From: a virus
Length of the DNA stretch: 64,000 nt
Direction: 5' to 3' (one strand)
IMG/VR virus record: IMGVR_UViG_3300042988_001309
Span: 30,094 to 94,093 of that record
Positions 28,501 through 36,525 of the stretch are shown in pieces. Position 1 is the first letter of the stretch. Each line of letters begins with the position of its first letter. The notes below the pieces were generated by a model that searched no databases, was not told where the DNA came from, and saw only the letters and a program-made list of their open reading frames with translations. A program made the position numbers and the translations under genes.

Positions 28501-30451
28501 ACCGGCCCCCCGGGTGCCTCGCCGCACGCTTCCCCGTCCGGCCCGTGACGGCAAGTGGCACCTCGTCGGCAACGTCGATGTCCGGGCCCTGCCCACCGAC
28601 CCGGCCGACACCTGGCGGGTGTCGTGTGAGCGTTGTGGCGGCACCGGCTACGTCACCAGCGGCAACGCCGCCCACGGCACGATCTGCTACCGCTGTGGCA
28701 GTGGGGGGGACGAGCCCGCCGTGCCCGTCAACACCGCCACCTCGCCGCTGCCCCCCAAGCTGCTCACCTGGGACGGGGTCGAGCTGCTCGACCAGCACCG
28801 CGCCCAAGTCGCCGCCGACGAGCAGGCCCGCAACGAGGCCCGCAAGGCCGAGTTCGTCCGCAAGCTCACCGTGTTCGACAACGCCGTCATGGCCGACCCC
28901 GAGTTCGGGTCTCGCATGGCCCGCCTGCGCTACCTCGACGACATGGCCCAAGGGGCAACGACCGAGCCCCCATCGGCATCACTGGCCATCGTGCGCCACG
29001 ACGCCGTGGCCGACGCCGACGTGGGCAACACGTTCGACCTGACCCCGCACCGCGCCGAGCTGGCCCGAGCGTTCGACGCCGCCGAGGCCTACACCGCCCG
29101 GGTCTACCCCGAGCTGGCCGCCGAGGTCGGCATCGGGCCGGAACGCTCCGGCCGAGCCCCGAGCCCCAAACAGGTGTCGTACCTGCGCAACCTGCTGCGC
29201 CGCTCGGGCATCAACCCCGCCGAGGCCGACACGGTCGACGACTCGACCATCGCATCGGCGCTCATCGACGCGCTCAACGAGGGCGACACCCGCCGGGCCC
29301 GCTACCTCCTCGACGCCTCAGCCCCGCCGTCATCGGAGCTGGGTCCAGTGCTCGACGCCCTGCTCGCCCGCCACCAGTTCGACCCCGACGCCGAGGAGGC
29401 TCCGCTCCCGGGGCTCAACCCTGACCGCGTGGTCGGCGACATCGGCCGCTCGCTTCTCGACCAGGGCTTCGCGCTACCCGACCAGCTCGCCGCCCGGCCA
29501 GCGAACGATCCGGTGACCTCGATCGGGCTCGACGGCGCACTGTTCTCCGGCATCCGCGACGAGGGCGAGGCGTCCACGTTCGGGGAACTGCTCACCGCCT
29601 GGGCGCGCTTGCGCGAGCAACGAGCCGCCGACGAGGTCTGGCAGGGCACGCGGGACATCCTCGACGAGCAGGACGCCCTGGCCGACGCGGCCCGGCGCAC
29701 CGGGGCGCCTTACCCCGAGGCCGAGATCGCCCGCCTCGGGGATCGACTGCGCGCTCGGGAGGCCGAGCTGACTGCCCAGGCCGAGGCCAAGTACCGCATC
29801 GGGCCCAGCCTGGGTTACGCCGTCATGATGCAAGACGCCTGGAGCGAGACCACCGCCGGTGACCGTTCGGCGGCCATGATCACCGCCGCCGCCAACCAGT
29901 TCCCGAACCCGACGATGACCGAGGGGCTTCAAGCGTTCCGGCAGTTCCAACCCGGCTTGGCCGCATCTGCCGAGACGATCGTCAACGGCCCAGAGGCCCC
30001 GGCGATCGGCGCGTTCATGGCGACCACCTACGCCGCCACCCAACGGTTCCTCGCCGACAACGGCTTCCCCCCGGGCTCGACGGTGACGCTGTATCGAGGG
30101 GTCTCGACCGGCGCCGACCAGGTGGGTGGGGAGGTGTTGGTCAACCCGCTCTCATCGTTCACCACCGACCGCTCCATCGCCGAACGGTTCTCGCGTGTCG
30201 ACTGGGGCCTGGAGGGCCAAGGCGGGGTGATCACCGCCCAGGTGCCGGTCGAGCGGATCTTCTCGATCGCCGGGATCGGCCCCGGCCACCTCGCCAGCCG
30301 GGAAGTGGTGGTGCTCGGGGGACGGCTCCCGGCATCGGCCGATCTGACCTTCCGGCCGACCTACAAGGGCCTGGGCGGGCCGTCATACATCGACGCCGAC
30401 AGCGACTGGCTGCGCGTGGCGGCCCGGTTGATCGCCTCCGCCAGCGCCTGA
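25574..30451 (+). CDS. 1625-aa polyprotein with three motif+ADP-ribosyltransferase modules and a DnaJ-type Zn finger
   Basis: LYRG...SWS...QEE (26705-26943); LYRG...SFS...EQE (27905-28189); LYRG...SFT...SRE (30092-30304); CERCGGTG/CYRCGSGG (~28625-28705). Confidence 0.8.
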   Translation: MTADQGRILAMAILLEGAIRDAPALPGKGPLASIAEVYNRLLADPSDRYGGPALIEFVLDAARRHGAAVPGGEGKSIEQRFGNRGGKLTPDGLLRLTSTALLPNDRGRAARATLTRFTGRGKLDLPDGDRRQVDHAQASTLFNRERQRNLFGAQAGHLSAVEIGKRFTLPESFKARAIGDLIAQDPSRGTEYGGTGRYQDGFYSGNWSVVLANAQRLDPSLDERSPVGDVLAASQPPAIGFNNPEQDPASIALAARLAASADPDAERRAWATEQGWTAEAGYVAALQGWWINDSSSPWAQAMTLAAAQRLGDPSDMARSLSHLQAKAAEWEPGTLVGQDILDSAEGPALRQAVMAIYDHTQARLADYGLRPDDLIELYRGIGPDNEIRTGDTAIADPLTSWSSNPAVALSFTKVRRGGSVLSGSVPARSILMLITDATGYGGLHYAKWEWHLDSQEEFVTLGGPVNVTVTRTQDPVGLLHGSTPVESVIARGPGFKSARREVYVDGDNWMHVVRSAMPSSGMKARFGNAGTAKLSAARLASLMERAPTSPQARATLTRFGIDWHRPAAPAAPAKNPAVPERLVLGVPGWDQQFTAHPEAIEPVMLALEAEDRLRAYAANVGTVTDRWSGRSEDYRTTIFNNAQSLQAVMKATVNDPDNMPVDVDWTSETVDIAHQTWVDARPFTDWSVHGPEDRSAWLLAAAKRRVSGEDWGVAVTNVARRLADGTAPEDTYDPNDQDANQRAGVTRYDPFLDLQHGWALYNGLRDPAVTTPSPTPLYRGMSFTPDGKAIAVGDRIDIAAASFSLSSDVADSFALDRNFDEESQVATDDESLAATDRMRAEHYPNASRVVYVAAPGTPGFDATSFSVRGEQEWLVGGTFTVTAIDEGDRVRYIHIAPAATKAARRWRMDPTDLPADLDWPVRPSSGMKARFGNAHSAKLTPARLASLLSRAATSPQARATLTRFGVDWRTGAIANPPAPRVPRRTLPRPARDGKWHLVGNVDVRALPTDPADTWRVSCERCGGTGYVTSGNAAHGTICYRCGSGGDEPAVPVNTATSPLPPKLLTWDGVELLDQHRAQVAADEQARNEARKAEFVRKLTVFDNAVMADPEFGSRMARLRYLDDMAQGATTEPPSASLAIVRHDAVADADVGNTFDLTPHRAELARAFDAAEAYTARVYPELAAEVGIGPERSGRAPSPKQVSYLRNLLRRSGINPAEADTVDDSTIASALIDALNEGDTRRARYLLDASAPPSSELGPVLDALLARHQFDPDAEEAPLPGLNPDRVVGDIGRSLLDQGFALPDQLAARPANDPVTSIGLDGALFSGIRDEGEASTFGELLTAWARLREQRAADEVWQGTRDILDEQDALADAARRTGAPYPEAEIARLGDRLRAREAELTAQAEAKYRIGPSLGYAVMMQDAWSETTAGDRSAAMITAAANQFPNPTMTEGLQAFRQFQPGLAASAETIVNGPEAPAIGAFMATTYAATQRFLADNGFPPGSTVTLYRGVSTGADQVGGEVLVNPLSSFTTDRSIAERFSRVDWGLEGQGGVITAQVPVERIFSIAGIGPGHLASREVVVLGGRLPASADLTFRPTYKGLGGPSYIDADSDWLRVAARLIASASA
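25796..25930 (+). repeat. RATLTRF motif copy 4
   Basis: EGK|SIEQRFGNRGGKLTPDGLLRLTSTALLPNDRGRAARATLTRFTG. Confidence 0.9.
27140..27253 (+). repeat. RATLTRF motif copy 5
   Basis: GMK|ARFGNAGTAKLSAARLASLMERAPTSPQARATLTRFG. Confidence 0.95.
28355..28468 (+). repeat. RATLTRF motif copy 6
   Basis: GMK|ARFGNAHSAKLTPARLASLLSRAATSPQARATLTRFG. Confidence 0.95.
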
Positions 30452-30679
30452 CCATCCCCCCTCACCGCCAGCGTGGCCACCACGCTTGGTAGCGTGAAAG
30501 GATCAGCACACCTGGTAACGATCAGGCAGAGTGGTCGTGGCTCGGTCGTCCGGGCACGCTGCACGCTCCGATCCGCTTCCTCGGGCTCGCCGTCGGGAGC
30601 GTCACCTTTGACGCCCCGGTGCCCGATCCGATTCCGATCCGCCCCAAACAGCTCGCGCTGTTCGACGACGAGGTGAGCG

Positions 30680-33600
30680 ATGACCCTGGAGTTCAAGAGC
30701 GCCCAGAGCCTGACCGCCGTAGACGCAAACCAGGGGATCGCTGAGGCGATCGTCTCGGTCACCAACATCGTCGACCACGTCGGCGACAAGATCATCCCCG
30801 GCGCCTACGCCGAGACCCTCAAGACCCGTCGCCCCAAGGTCTGCTGGAACCACAAGTGGGACAACACCGTGGGCAAGGTGCTGGAGATCGTCGAGTTGAT
30901 GCCCGGCGATCCACGCCTGCCCGACAAGCTCAAGACGATCGGGGCCGGGGCGCTCAAGGTCAAGGTGCAGTTCAACCTCAACTCCACCCGAGGCCGCGAT
31001 GCCTGGGAGGACGTGAAGTTCTACGGCGAGGAGGGCGAGTGGTCGATCGGCTACGACGTGAACGGCCCGACGGGCAAGAGCCGCAACGTCGGGGGAGTGC
31101 GGGAACTGCACCAGATCAACCTGTTCGAAGTCAGCCCCGTACCGTTCGGCGCCGCCCCGCTCACCGGAACCCTCGCCCTCAAGAGCCTCGGCGCACCGAG
31201 CGCACCTGAGGCCGTCATGGGCCGGGTCCCGTTCGACAACGCCGTGAAGGCCTACGGCGCCGGTGCCCAGCTCTCCGCCGGTGGACGAGCCCGCCTCACC
31301 GCACGGGCCGCCCTGCCCGGTCGCGAGGGGGCCGCGGCGCGAGCGACGCTCACCCGGTTCCTCGGCGGCGGCAAGCCCGAGGCGCCACGCCCGGCGGCTC
31401 AGCCGACCCATTTCATGCCCCCGGACGCCCCGACGTTTCGCTTCCCCGAGAGCATCGACAACCTGCTCGCCGCCGGACCAGACGCCCTGTCGAGGGCCGC
31501 GTGGGCGCCCGTGGAATGGGACGAGACCGAGGACCCCTACTCCTACGAGAGCCGGTACATCATCGGCGGGCCCGACTCCGTCGTGACGCTCACCCCGGAC
31601 CCCGGTCAGGGGCGGGCCTTCCTGTCAATCCCCGGCAACGACAGCCTGGAGATCAGGACCGTCGGCGATTTCGAGAAGGCCTACACGGCCATCGACCGCG
31701 GCTTCGTCGGCAAGCTGGAACTGCGGGATCTCTCGGCTCGCAACATCGCCGTCCTCATCGAGGACAACATCCGCGAGTCCGTCAATGCCGATGGGCGCCG
31801 GTCCGCCACGGTCGACGGCGCCCCGGGGTTCGGCCTGGTGTTCACCCCCGACGGCCTGAACGTGGTCACTCCTGACGGGGCCGTGAAGCGGGTCAATGAG
31901 GTCGACGACCTGCGCTTCGTCCTCGGCAAGCCCCCCTATCCGCACACCAGCCTCACCGGCTCCACCCCCAAGCCGAGGGGGACGACCTACGTGGTCCCGG
32001 CGGGGCGCATCCCCCGGAACCTGGGGGCGATGACGACCTCCGAACAGTACGAGGACATGGATCGCTACAACGCCTTCGTGGCGGCCGGTGGCGAGGGGCG
32101 CACCTGGATTCCCACCGTCCGCGACTACCCCGACCCTGGAGGTCACGTCATGAACTGGCCGAAATCCGCCGAGCCCGTCATGGACCCGCTCGTCGCCGAC
32201 TACCTCGATCTGACCGGCAAGGCGTGGACCCGGGGCGGGAAGCTGTCCGACGCGGGTCGAGCCAAGCTGGTGGCACGCGCCGCTGTCCCCGGCAAGGAAG
32301 GCGCCGCCGCCCGCGCGACGTTGACCCGCTACCTCGGCGGCGACAAAGAGGCGGCCGGACGGATGATCCAAGCGCACCGTTCCGGCGACAAGCTGCCCGA
32401 CGCCGCGGCGACGGCCAAGATGCCGTCGCGTCGCGAACGGCGCCTCATCGAGGCCGCCACCAACGGTGACAAGGAAGCGGTAGCCGCGTTGCGCGACATG
32501 GGTCTCGAAACCGACGGCCTGCCCGGCTACGGCTTCCAGCGCCCCGAGATCGCCGAAGGACTCGCCAGCGTGGAGCGCGCCGGGTTCGCCCCGTTCGTCC
32601 GTCAATGGAGTCGGGCGACCGGCAAACCGCAAACGGCCAGCGAGATTTACGGCATCCCCCGAGAGTTTCGCGACCCGCCCCCTGGCTATTCGACGAGGCA
32701 GGAATGGACCGATGCTGTCGGCAGGGGTGTCCGCGGCGGCGACGGCACGGCGGCCAAGCCGTTCCTGGTGAGCGGTGATCTCCCCCCGGAAGAACGGCAA
32801 CGACTGTTCAACGCCCTCGCCGACTCGTCCGCGGACGGGGTGCGTGGCGTCGCGATCGGGGACCCCGAACTTGGTGTCTCCGACCCGAAACTCACCGAAC
32901 GTGCCCGCGCTCGGGCGGGGAATGACCTGCTGTCGTCGGCGTTCACCACCGCGAAACTCGACGAGTTCCACGCCGACTTCGACGGACGCAAAGACCTGTC
33001 CGACGCGATTCAATCCGGCACCGGCAGTCAACGCGACCCGTACATCACCGACAACCCCGAAGCGGCCGCCATGGCGATCGGCAAAGGCAGGTTCGTCGAG
33101 CTGCAACAGCCCGACGAACTGGCGACCATGATCGACGTGATCGCCGACTGGGTGAACGAGGCCAAGGCCAAGGGTGAGAAGGCCCCGACCTACGACCTGT
33201 GCCGGGCCATGGTCAAGGGCACCAACCTGTTCTGCATCGAGTCCAAGGGCATCCCCCGCATCAAGATGCCCCAGCTCTCTGGCATCCCGACGCCGGGCTC
33301 TCCGGCCGACTCGTTGCCCAAGCGGCCCAACGGCGAGGTCGACCTCGTCCCGTTGTTCCTCCAGCACCTGGCGTCCAAGGGCATCCGCTCCCAGCGCACC
33401 TCGGTGAAGGCCAGCCACCTGCGCGCCAGCCAGAACGAGCTGAACGGCGGCAAGGTGTCCGGCATGGTCCAGTCCATGGCCGCGGGCAAGCTCCCGCCGG
33501 GCTCGATCATCTCGACGACCGACAACTACGTGGTCGACGGGCATCACCGCTGGGCGGCCACCATCGGCACCTCGATCAAACAGGGCGACGATCTCATGGT

Positions 33601-33838
33601 CGACACCGACCAGATCGACGCCCCGATCCTCCAGGTGCTCGCCCTGGCCAACCTCTACGCCGTGGAGATGGGCATCCCGCCCGCCGGGGCCGATGCCCCC
33701 GTGCCCCAGGCCAAGCGCTTCCGCCGTCATGGGTCGCTGCGCAAGAGCCGCGACTCCGCTCCGCCGTGCATCGGATGCGGGGACGAGCCCGACCCGATCG
33801 CCCAGTACGTGGCCCTCAAGGCCAACCGCCCCCACTGA
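30680..33838 (+). CDS. HK97-family prohead protease fused to two motif-tagged cargo regions, the last ending in a ParB/Srx-like domain
   Basis: N-term DHVGDKIIPGAY, WNH, WSIGY, LFEVSPVPFGA; C-term LRASQNEL...YVVDGHHRWAA. Confidence 0.88.
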   Translation: MTLEFKSAQSLTAVDANQGIAEAIVSVTNIVDHVGDKIIPGAYAETLKTRRPKVCWNHKWDNTVGKVLEIVELMPGDPRLPDKLKTIGAGALKVKVQFNLNSTRGRDAWEDVKFYGEEGEWSIGYDVNGPTGKSRNVGGVRELHQINLFEVSPVPFGAAPLTGTLALKSLGAPSAPEAVMGRVPFDNAVKAYGAGAQLSAGGRARLTARAALPGREGAAARATLTRFLGGGKPEAPRPAAQPTHFMPPDAPTFRFPESIDNLLAAGPDALSRAAWAPVEWDETEDPYSYESRYIIGGPDSVVTLTPDPGQGRAFLSIPGNDSLEIRTVGDFEKAYTAIDRGFVGKLELRDLSARNIAVLIEDNIRESVNADGRRSATVDGAPGFGLVFTPDGLNVVTPDGAVKRVNEVDDLRFVLGKPPYPHTSLTGSTPKPRGTTYVVPAGRIPRNLGAMTTSEQYEDMDRYNAFVAAGGEGRTWIPTVRDYPDPGGHVMNWPKSAEPVMDPLVADYLDLTGKAWTRGGKLSDAGRAKLVARAAVPGKEGAAARATLTRYLGGDKEAAGRMIQAHRSGDKLPDAAATAKMPSRRERRLIEAATNGDKEAVAALRDMGLETDGLPGYGFQRPEIAEGLASVERAGFAPFVRQWSRATGKPQTASEIYGIPREFRDPPPGYSTRQEWTDAVGRGVRGGDGTAAKPFLVSGDLPPEERQRLFNALADSSADGVRGVAIGDPELGVSDPKLTERARARAGNDLLSSAFTTAKLDEFHADFDGRKDLSDAIQSGTGSQRDPYITDNPEAAAMAIGKGRFVELQQPDELATMIDVIADWVNEAKAKGEKAPTYDLCRAMVKGTNLFCIESKGIPRIKMPQLSGIPTPGSPADSLPKRPNGEVDLVPLFLQHLASKGIRSQRTSVKASHLRASQNELNGGKVSGMVQSMAAGKLPPGSIISTTDNYVVDGHHRWAATIGTSIKQGDDLMVDTDQIDAPILQVLALANLYAVEMGIPPAGADAPVPQAKRFRRHGSLRKSRDSAPPCIGCGDEPDPIAQYVALKANRPH
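31247..31366 (+). repeat. RATLTRF motif copy 7
   Basis: AVK|AYGAGAQLSAGGRARLTARAALPGREGAAARATLTRFLG. Confidence 0.9.
32219..32338 (+). repeat. RATLTRF motif copy 8
   Basis: TGK|AWTRGGKLSDAGRAKLVARAAVPGKEGAAARATLTRYLG. Confidence 0.9.
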
Positions 33839-33851
33839 GGAGGAACAGACC

Positions 33852-34904
33852 ATGATCATCGAACCCATCGACGCTGCCACGGGTAGCTACGAGGACACCC
33901 TGGCATCACTCGATGACGCCGTTGACCGTTGGCTGACCGAGGCCCTGCCCGAGGAGATGCTGACGAGCTGGGTCGAGTCGACCTTCCCCGAGCACCTGGT
34001 GGTGGGGGTCGGCAACGCCGACGCCAGCCGCTTGGAGTTCTGGACCGTGCCGTATGCGATCGGCGACGACGATGTCATCTCGTTCGGGGAGCCCGCTGAC
34101 CTCGCCGTCATCGGCGCCACGCCGGACCTGGTGCTGCCCAACTCCGAGGTGCTCATGGAGCCCGCCGAGAAGGTGATCGCCGCGGCCATCAGTCGCAAGA
34201 GCATCCTCCAGCGCCGCCGCCGCATCCTCATCGCCGCCGCCCAAGGGCTCGACGCCGCTCGCAACACCGGCGAGGCCGTGCCCAGTGCGGTCGGTGGCGG
34301 CCACATCCCCTCCGAGGGCTCTCCCGGTTCGCTCACCGCCCCCGGCGACCAGCGCGGCGGGATGCTCCCGAGCGACTCCAACACTGGCCTGGTCGGCGCG
34401 GGGAACATCACCGCTCGCAACCCCAAGGGCTGGACGACGGGCACGTACTGGATCGACGGCGAGGGCAACTTGTCGGCCACCCCGGTGCGGGCCAACCTCG
34501 GCGGGGGCAACTACCTCACCGGCGCCCAGGGCGACATCAAGTCGCTGCCCGGCGGTGAGACCAAGTCGTTGTCGGCCAAGCTGCGCGAGGCGATGGGGGA
34601 GACCCCGGCCGTCATCTCCGCCGACGCCGAGGCCAAGGCGCTCGACGACGCCGCCGCCGCTGCCATCGAGGTGCTGCGCTCGATCAAGGAAGCCAAGAGC
34701 GGTTGCGGGACGTGCGAGCACTCGCGCATCTCCACGGCGCTCGACATGCTGGAGGACGCCCTCATCGAGGCCGGGATGGTCGAGGCCGACGGCGACGACT
34801 GGGCCCCGAGCACCGGCGCCTACGGCGACCTCGGCGACATGGGTGGCGACCTCAAGGACGAGCTGGCCGCCTACTCGGCGCTCAAGGCTTCGTCGCCGCA
34901 CTGA
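33852..34904 (+). CDS. head-module protein (scaffold-like/unknown) with many K-S/K-A sites
   Basis: GAGGAGG RBS; lies between protease and capsid genes. Confidence 0.6.
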   Translation: MIIEPIDAATGSYEDTLASLDDAVDRWLTEALPEEMLTSWVESTFPEHLVVGVGNADASRLEFWTVPYAIGDDDVISFGEPADLAVIGATPDLVLPNSEVLMEPAEKVIAAAISRKSILQRRRRILIAAAQGLDAARNTGEAVPSAVGGGHIPSEGSPGSLTAPGDQRGGMLPSDSNTGLVGAGNITARNPKGWTTGTYWIDGEGNLSATPVRANLGGGNYLTGAQGDIKSLPGGETKSLSAKLREAMGETPAVISADAEAKALDDAAAAAIEVLRSIKEAKSGCGTCEHSRISTALDMLEDALIEAGMVEADGDDWAPSTGAYGDLGDMGGDLKDELAAYSALKASSPH

Positions 34905-34920
34905 CCGCTAGCCCCGGGCG

Positions 34921-34962
34921 AGCGCCCTCGGTCCACTCCTCCCGGTGGGCCGAGGGCGCTTT
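34921..34962 (+). terminator. strong hairpin upstream of the capsid gene
   Basis: AGCGCCCTCGGTCCAC-TCCTCCCG-GTGGGCCGAGGGCGCT-TT. Confidence 0.5.
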
Positions 34963-35092
34963 CGCGTCCGGGCAAAGAAATCGTCCCGACCATCCACCCC
35001 CACGTTCTCCCCTCGGTCGAATCTGTGCAACCAGAGGCGCCGGTGCTTACCAGAGCCGCAGATAACCCCTTCGACACAAGGAGATCGCCGAC

Positions 35093-36415
35093 ATGGCAAC
35101 CACCGATGTGGACTCCCGCCTCCGGGAACTCAAGAGCGCCTGGAGCCGTTTGGAGACCGAGAACGATTCCATCCTGGCCACCGCACCCGTCAACGACGGC
35201 GTCCTGACCATCGACAACGACCGTCGCCGTGCGTTCCAGAAGAACGTCGCCGACATGACCGAGATCAAGGGCCTCATCTCGGACCTGGAGGCTCAGTCGG
35301 GCCTCAAGGCCTGGGCCTCGGGCGCTGCTGGCTCGGTCGCCGCGGCTCACGCCGCCGGTGCCGCTGCCCGCCCGCAGTTCAAGTCGCTCGGCGCTGCGTT
35401 CGCCGAGTCCGACGAGTTCAAGTCGTTCATGGCGAACGGCGGCATCAAGGGCGGCTACATGAACAGCCCCTGGGCCGTGCCGGGCATCGACCTCGGCGGC
35501 CAGGCCAAGAGCCTCGGCGGCCTGGAAGTCAAGGATGTCTACACGGCATCGCCGACCGGCGACATCGCCACCGGCTTCGCCCCGATCACCCGCGAGGCCA
35601 TGGTGCCCCGCCCGTTCCGCCGGATGCGGGTCCGTGACCTGTTCCCGGTCCAGAACACCTCCTCGTCCGTCATCGAGTATTTCCGGGTCACCGGCTTCGT
35701 CGGCAACTCGTCGGCCTCGGTGGTGCCCGAGCGTTCCGGTGGCGTGTTCGCCGCTGCGCCGCAGACCTCGCTGAGCTTCACGTCGCATCAGAGCGTCGTG
35801 CGCAACATCCAGCACTGGGAAGCGATCCACCGCACGACCCTCGCCGACACCCCGGCGCTCCAGGGCGTCATCGACAACGAGCTGCTCTACGGCTTGCGCC
35901 TGCGTGAGGACGATCAGATCCTCAACGGCACCGGCACCAGCGAGGACCTGCTCGGCCTCATGGTCGACCCCGACGCCCAGACCTACAGCCGTCCGGGCAC
36001 CCCGGCGGCCAACGAGAACAAGGCCGACGACATCCGCCGTGCCGCCACCAAGGTCATCTTGAGCTACTACGAGCCCACCGGCGTCGTGATGCACCCCAAC
36101 GACTGGGAGGACATCGAGCTGCTCAAGGACTCGACCGGCGCCTACGTCCTGGCCGTCGCGGTGGCCATGGGTGCCGAGCAGAAGCTGTGGCGTCTGCCCA
36201 TCGTCGACACCCCGGCCATGACCGAGGGCCGCTTCCTGGTCGGCTCGTTCGGCCTGGGCGCCAAGCTCTACGACCGCCTGGAGGGCTCGATCCGGGTCGC
36301 CGAACAGCACAGCGACTACTTCCTGCGCAACGCGGTCGTGGTCATGGCCGAGGAGCGGATCGGCATGACGATCCCGCGGCCCGAGGCCTTCGTCAAGGGC
36401 ACCTTCGGCGCCTGA
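35093..36415 (+). CDS. major capsid protein (HK97 fold, with N-terminal delta domain)
   Basis: AAGGAG RBS; RVRDLF, EDDQILNGTG, VVMHPNDW, LWRLPIV, FLRNAVVVMAEER...RPEAFVKG. Confidence 0.95.
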   Translation: MATTDVDSRLRELKSAWSRLETENDSILATAPVNDGVLTIDNDRRRAFQKNVADMTEIKGLISDLEAQSGLKAWASGAAGSVAAAHAAGAAARPQFKSLGAAFAESDEFKSFMANGGIKGGYMNSPWAVPGIDLGGQAKSLGGLEVKDVYTASPTGDIATGFAPITREAMVPRPFRRMRVRDLFPVQNTSSSVIEYFRVTGFVGNSSASVVPERSGGVFAAAPQTSLSFTSHQSVVRNIQHWEAIHRTTLADTPALQGVIDNELLYGLRLREDDQILNGTGTSEDLLGLMVDPDAQTYSRPGTPAANENKADDIRRAATKVILSYYEPTGVVMHPNDWEDIELLKDSTGAYVLAVAVAMGAEQKLWRLPIVDTPAMTEGRFLVGSFGLGAKLYDRLEGSIRVAEQHSDYFLRNAVVVMAEERIGMTIPRPEAFVKGTFGA

Positions 36416-36444
36416 TCCAACGCCAGCACCACCAACTAGACAGG

Positions 36445-36475
36445 AAGGGCCCCGGGTTTCGGCTCGGGGCCCTTT
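36445..36475 (+). terminator. rho-independent terminator after capsid gene
   Basis: AAGGGCCCCGGG-TTTCGG-CTCGGGGCCCTTT. Confidence 0.75.
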
Positions 36476-36525
36476 CGCGTCCCGACCGTCCGCCCGCGCG
36501 CCCCGGGGCGTTGGGACCATGACGC

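Noticed and set aside
30452-30679. Possible ncRNA or ORF in the gap before the protease gene
   Set aside because: No convincing stem pattern or coding signal; probably a promoter/leader region
9112-32338. RATLTRF repeats as mobile DNA elements, DGR repeats or inteins
   Set aside because: Conservation is at protein level with synonymous divergence; no terminal repeats, reverse transcriptase, A-specific variation, or Cys/His-Asn intein ends
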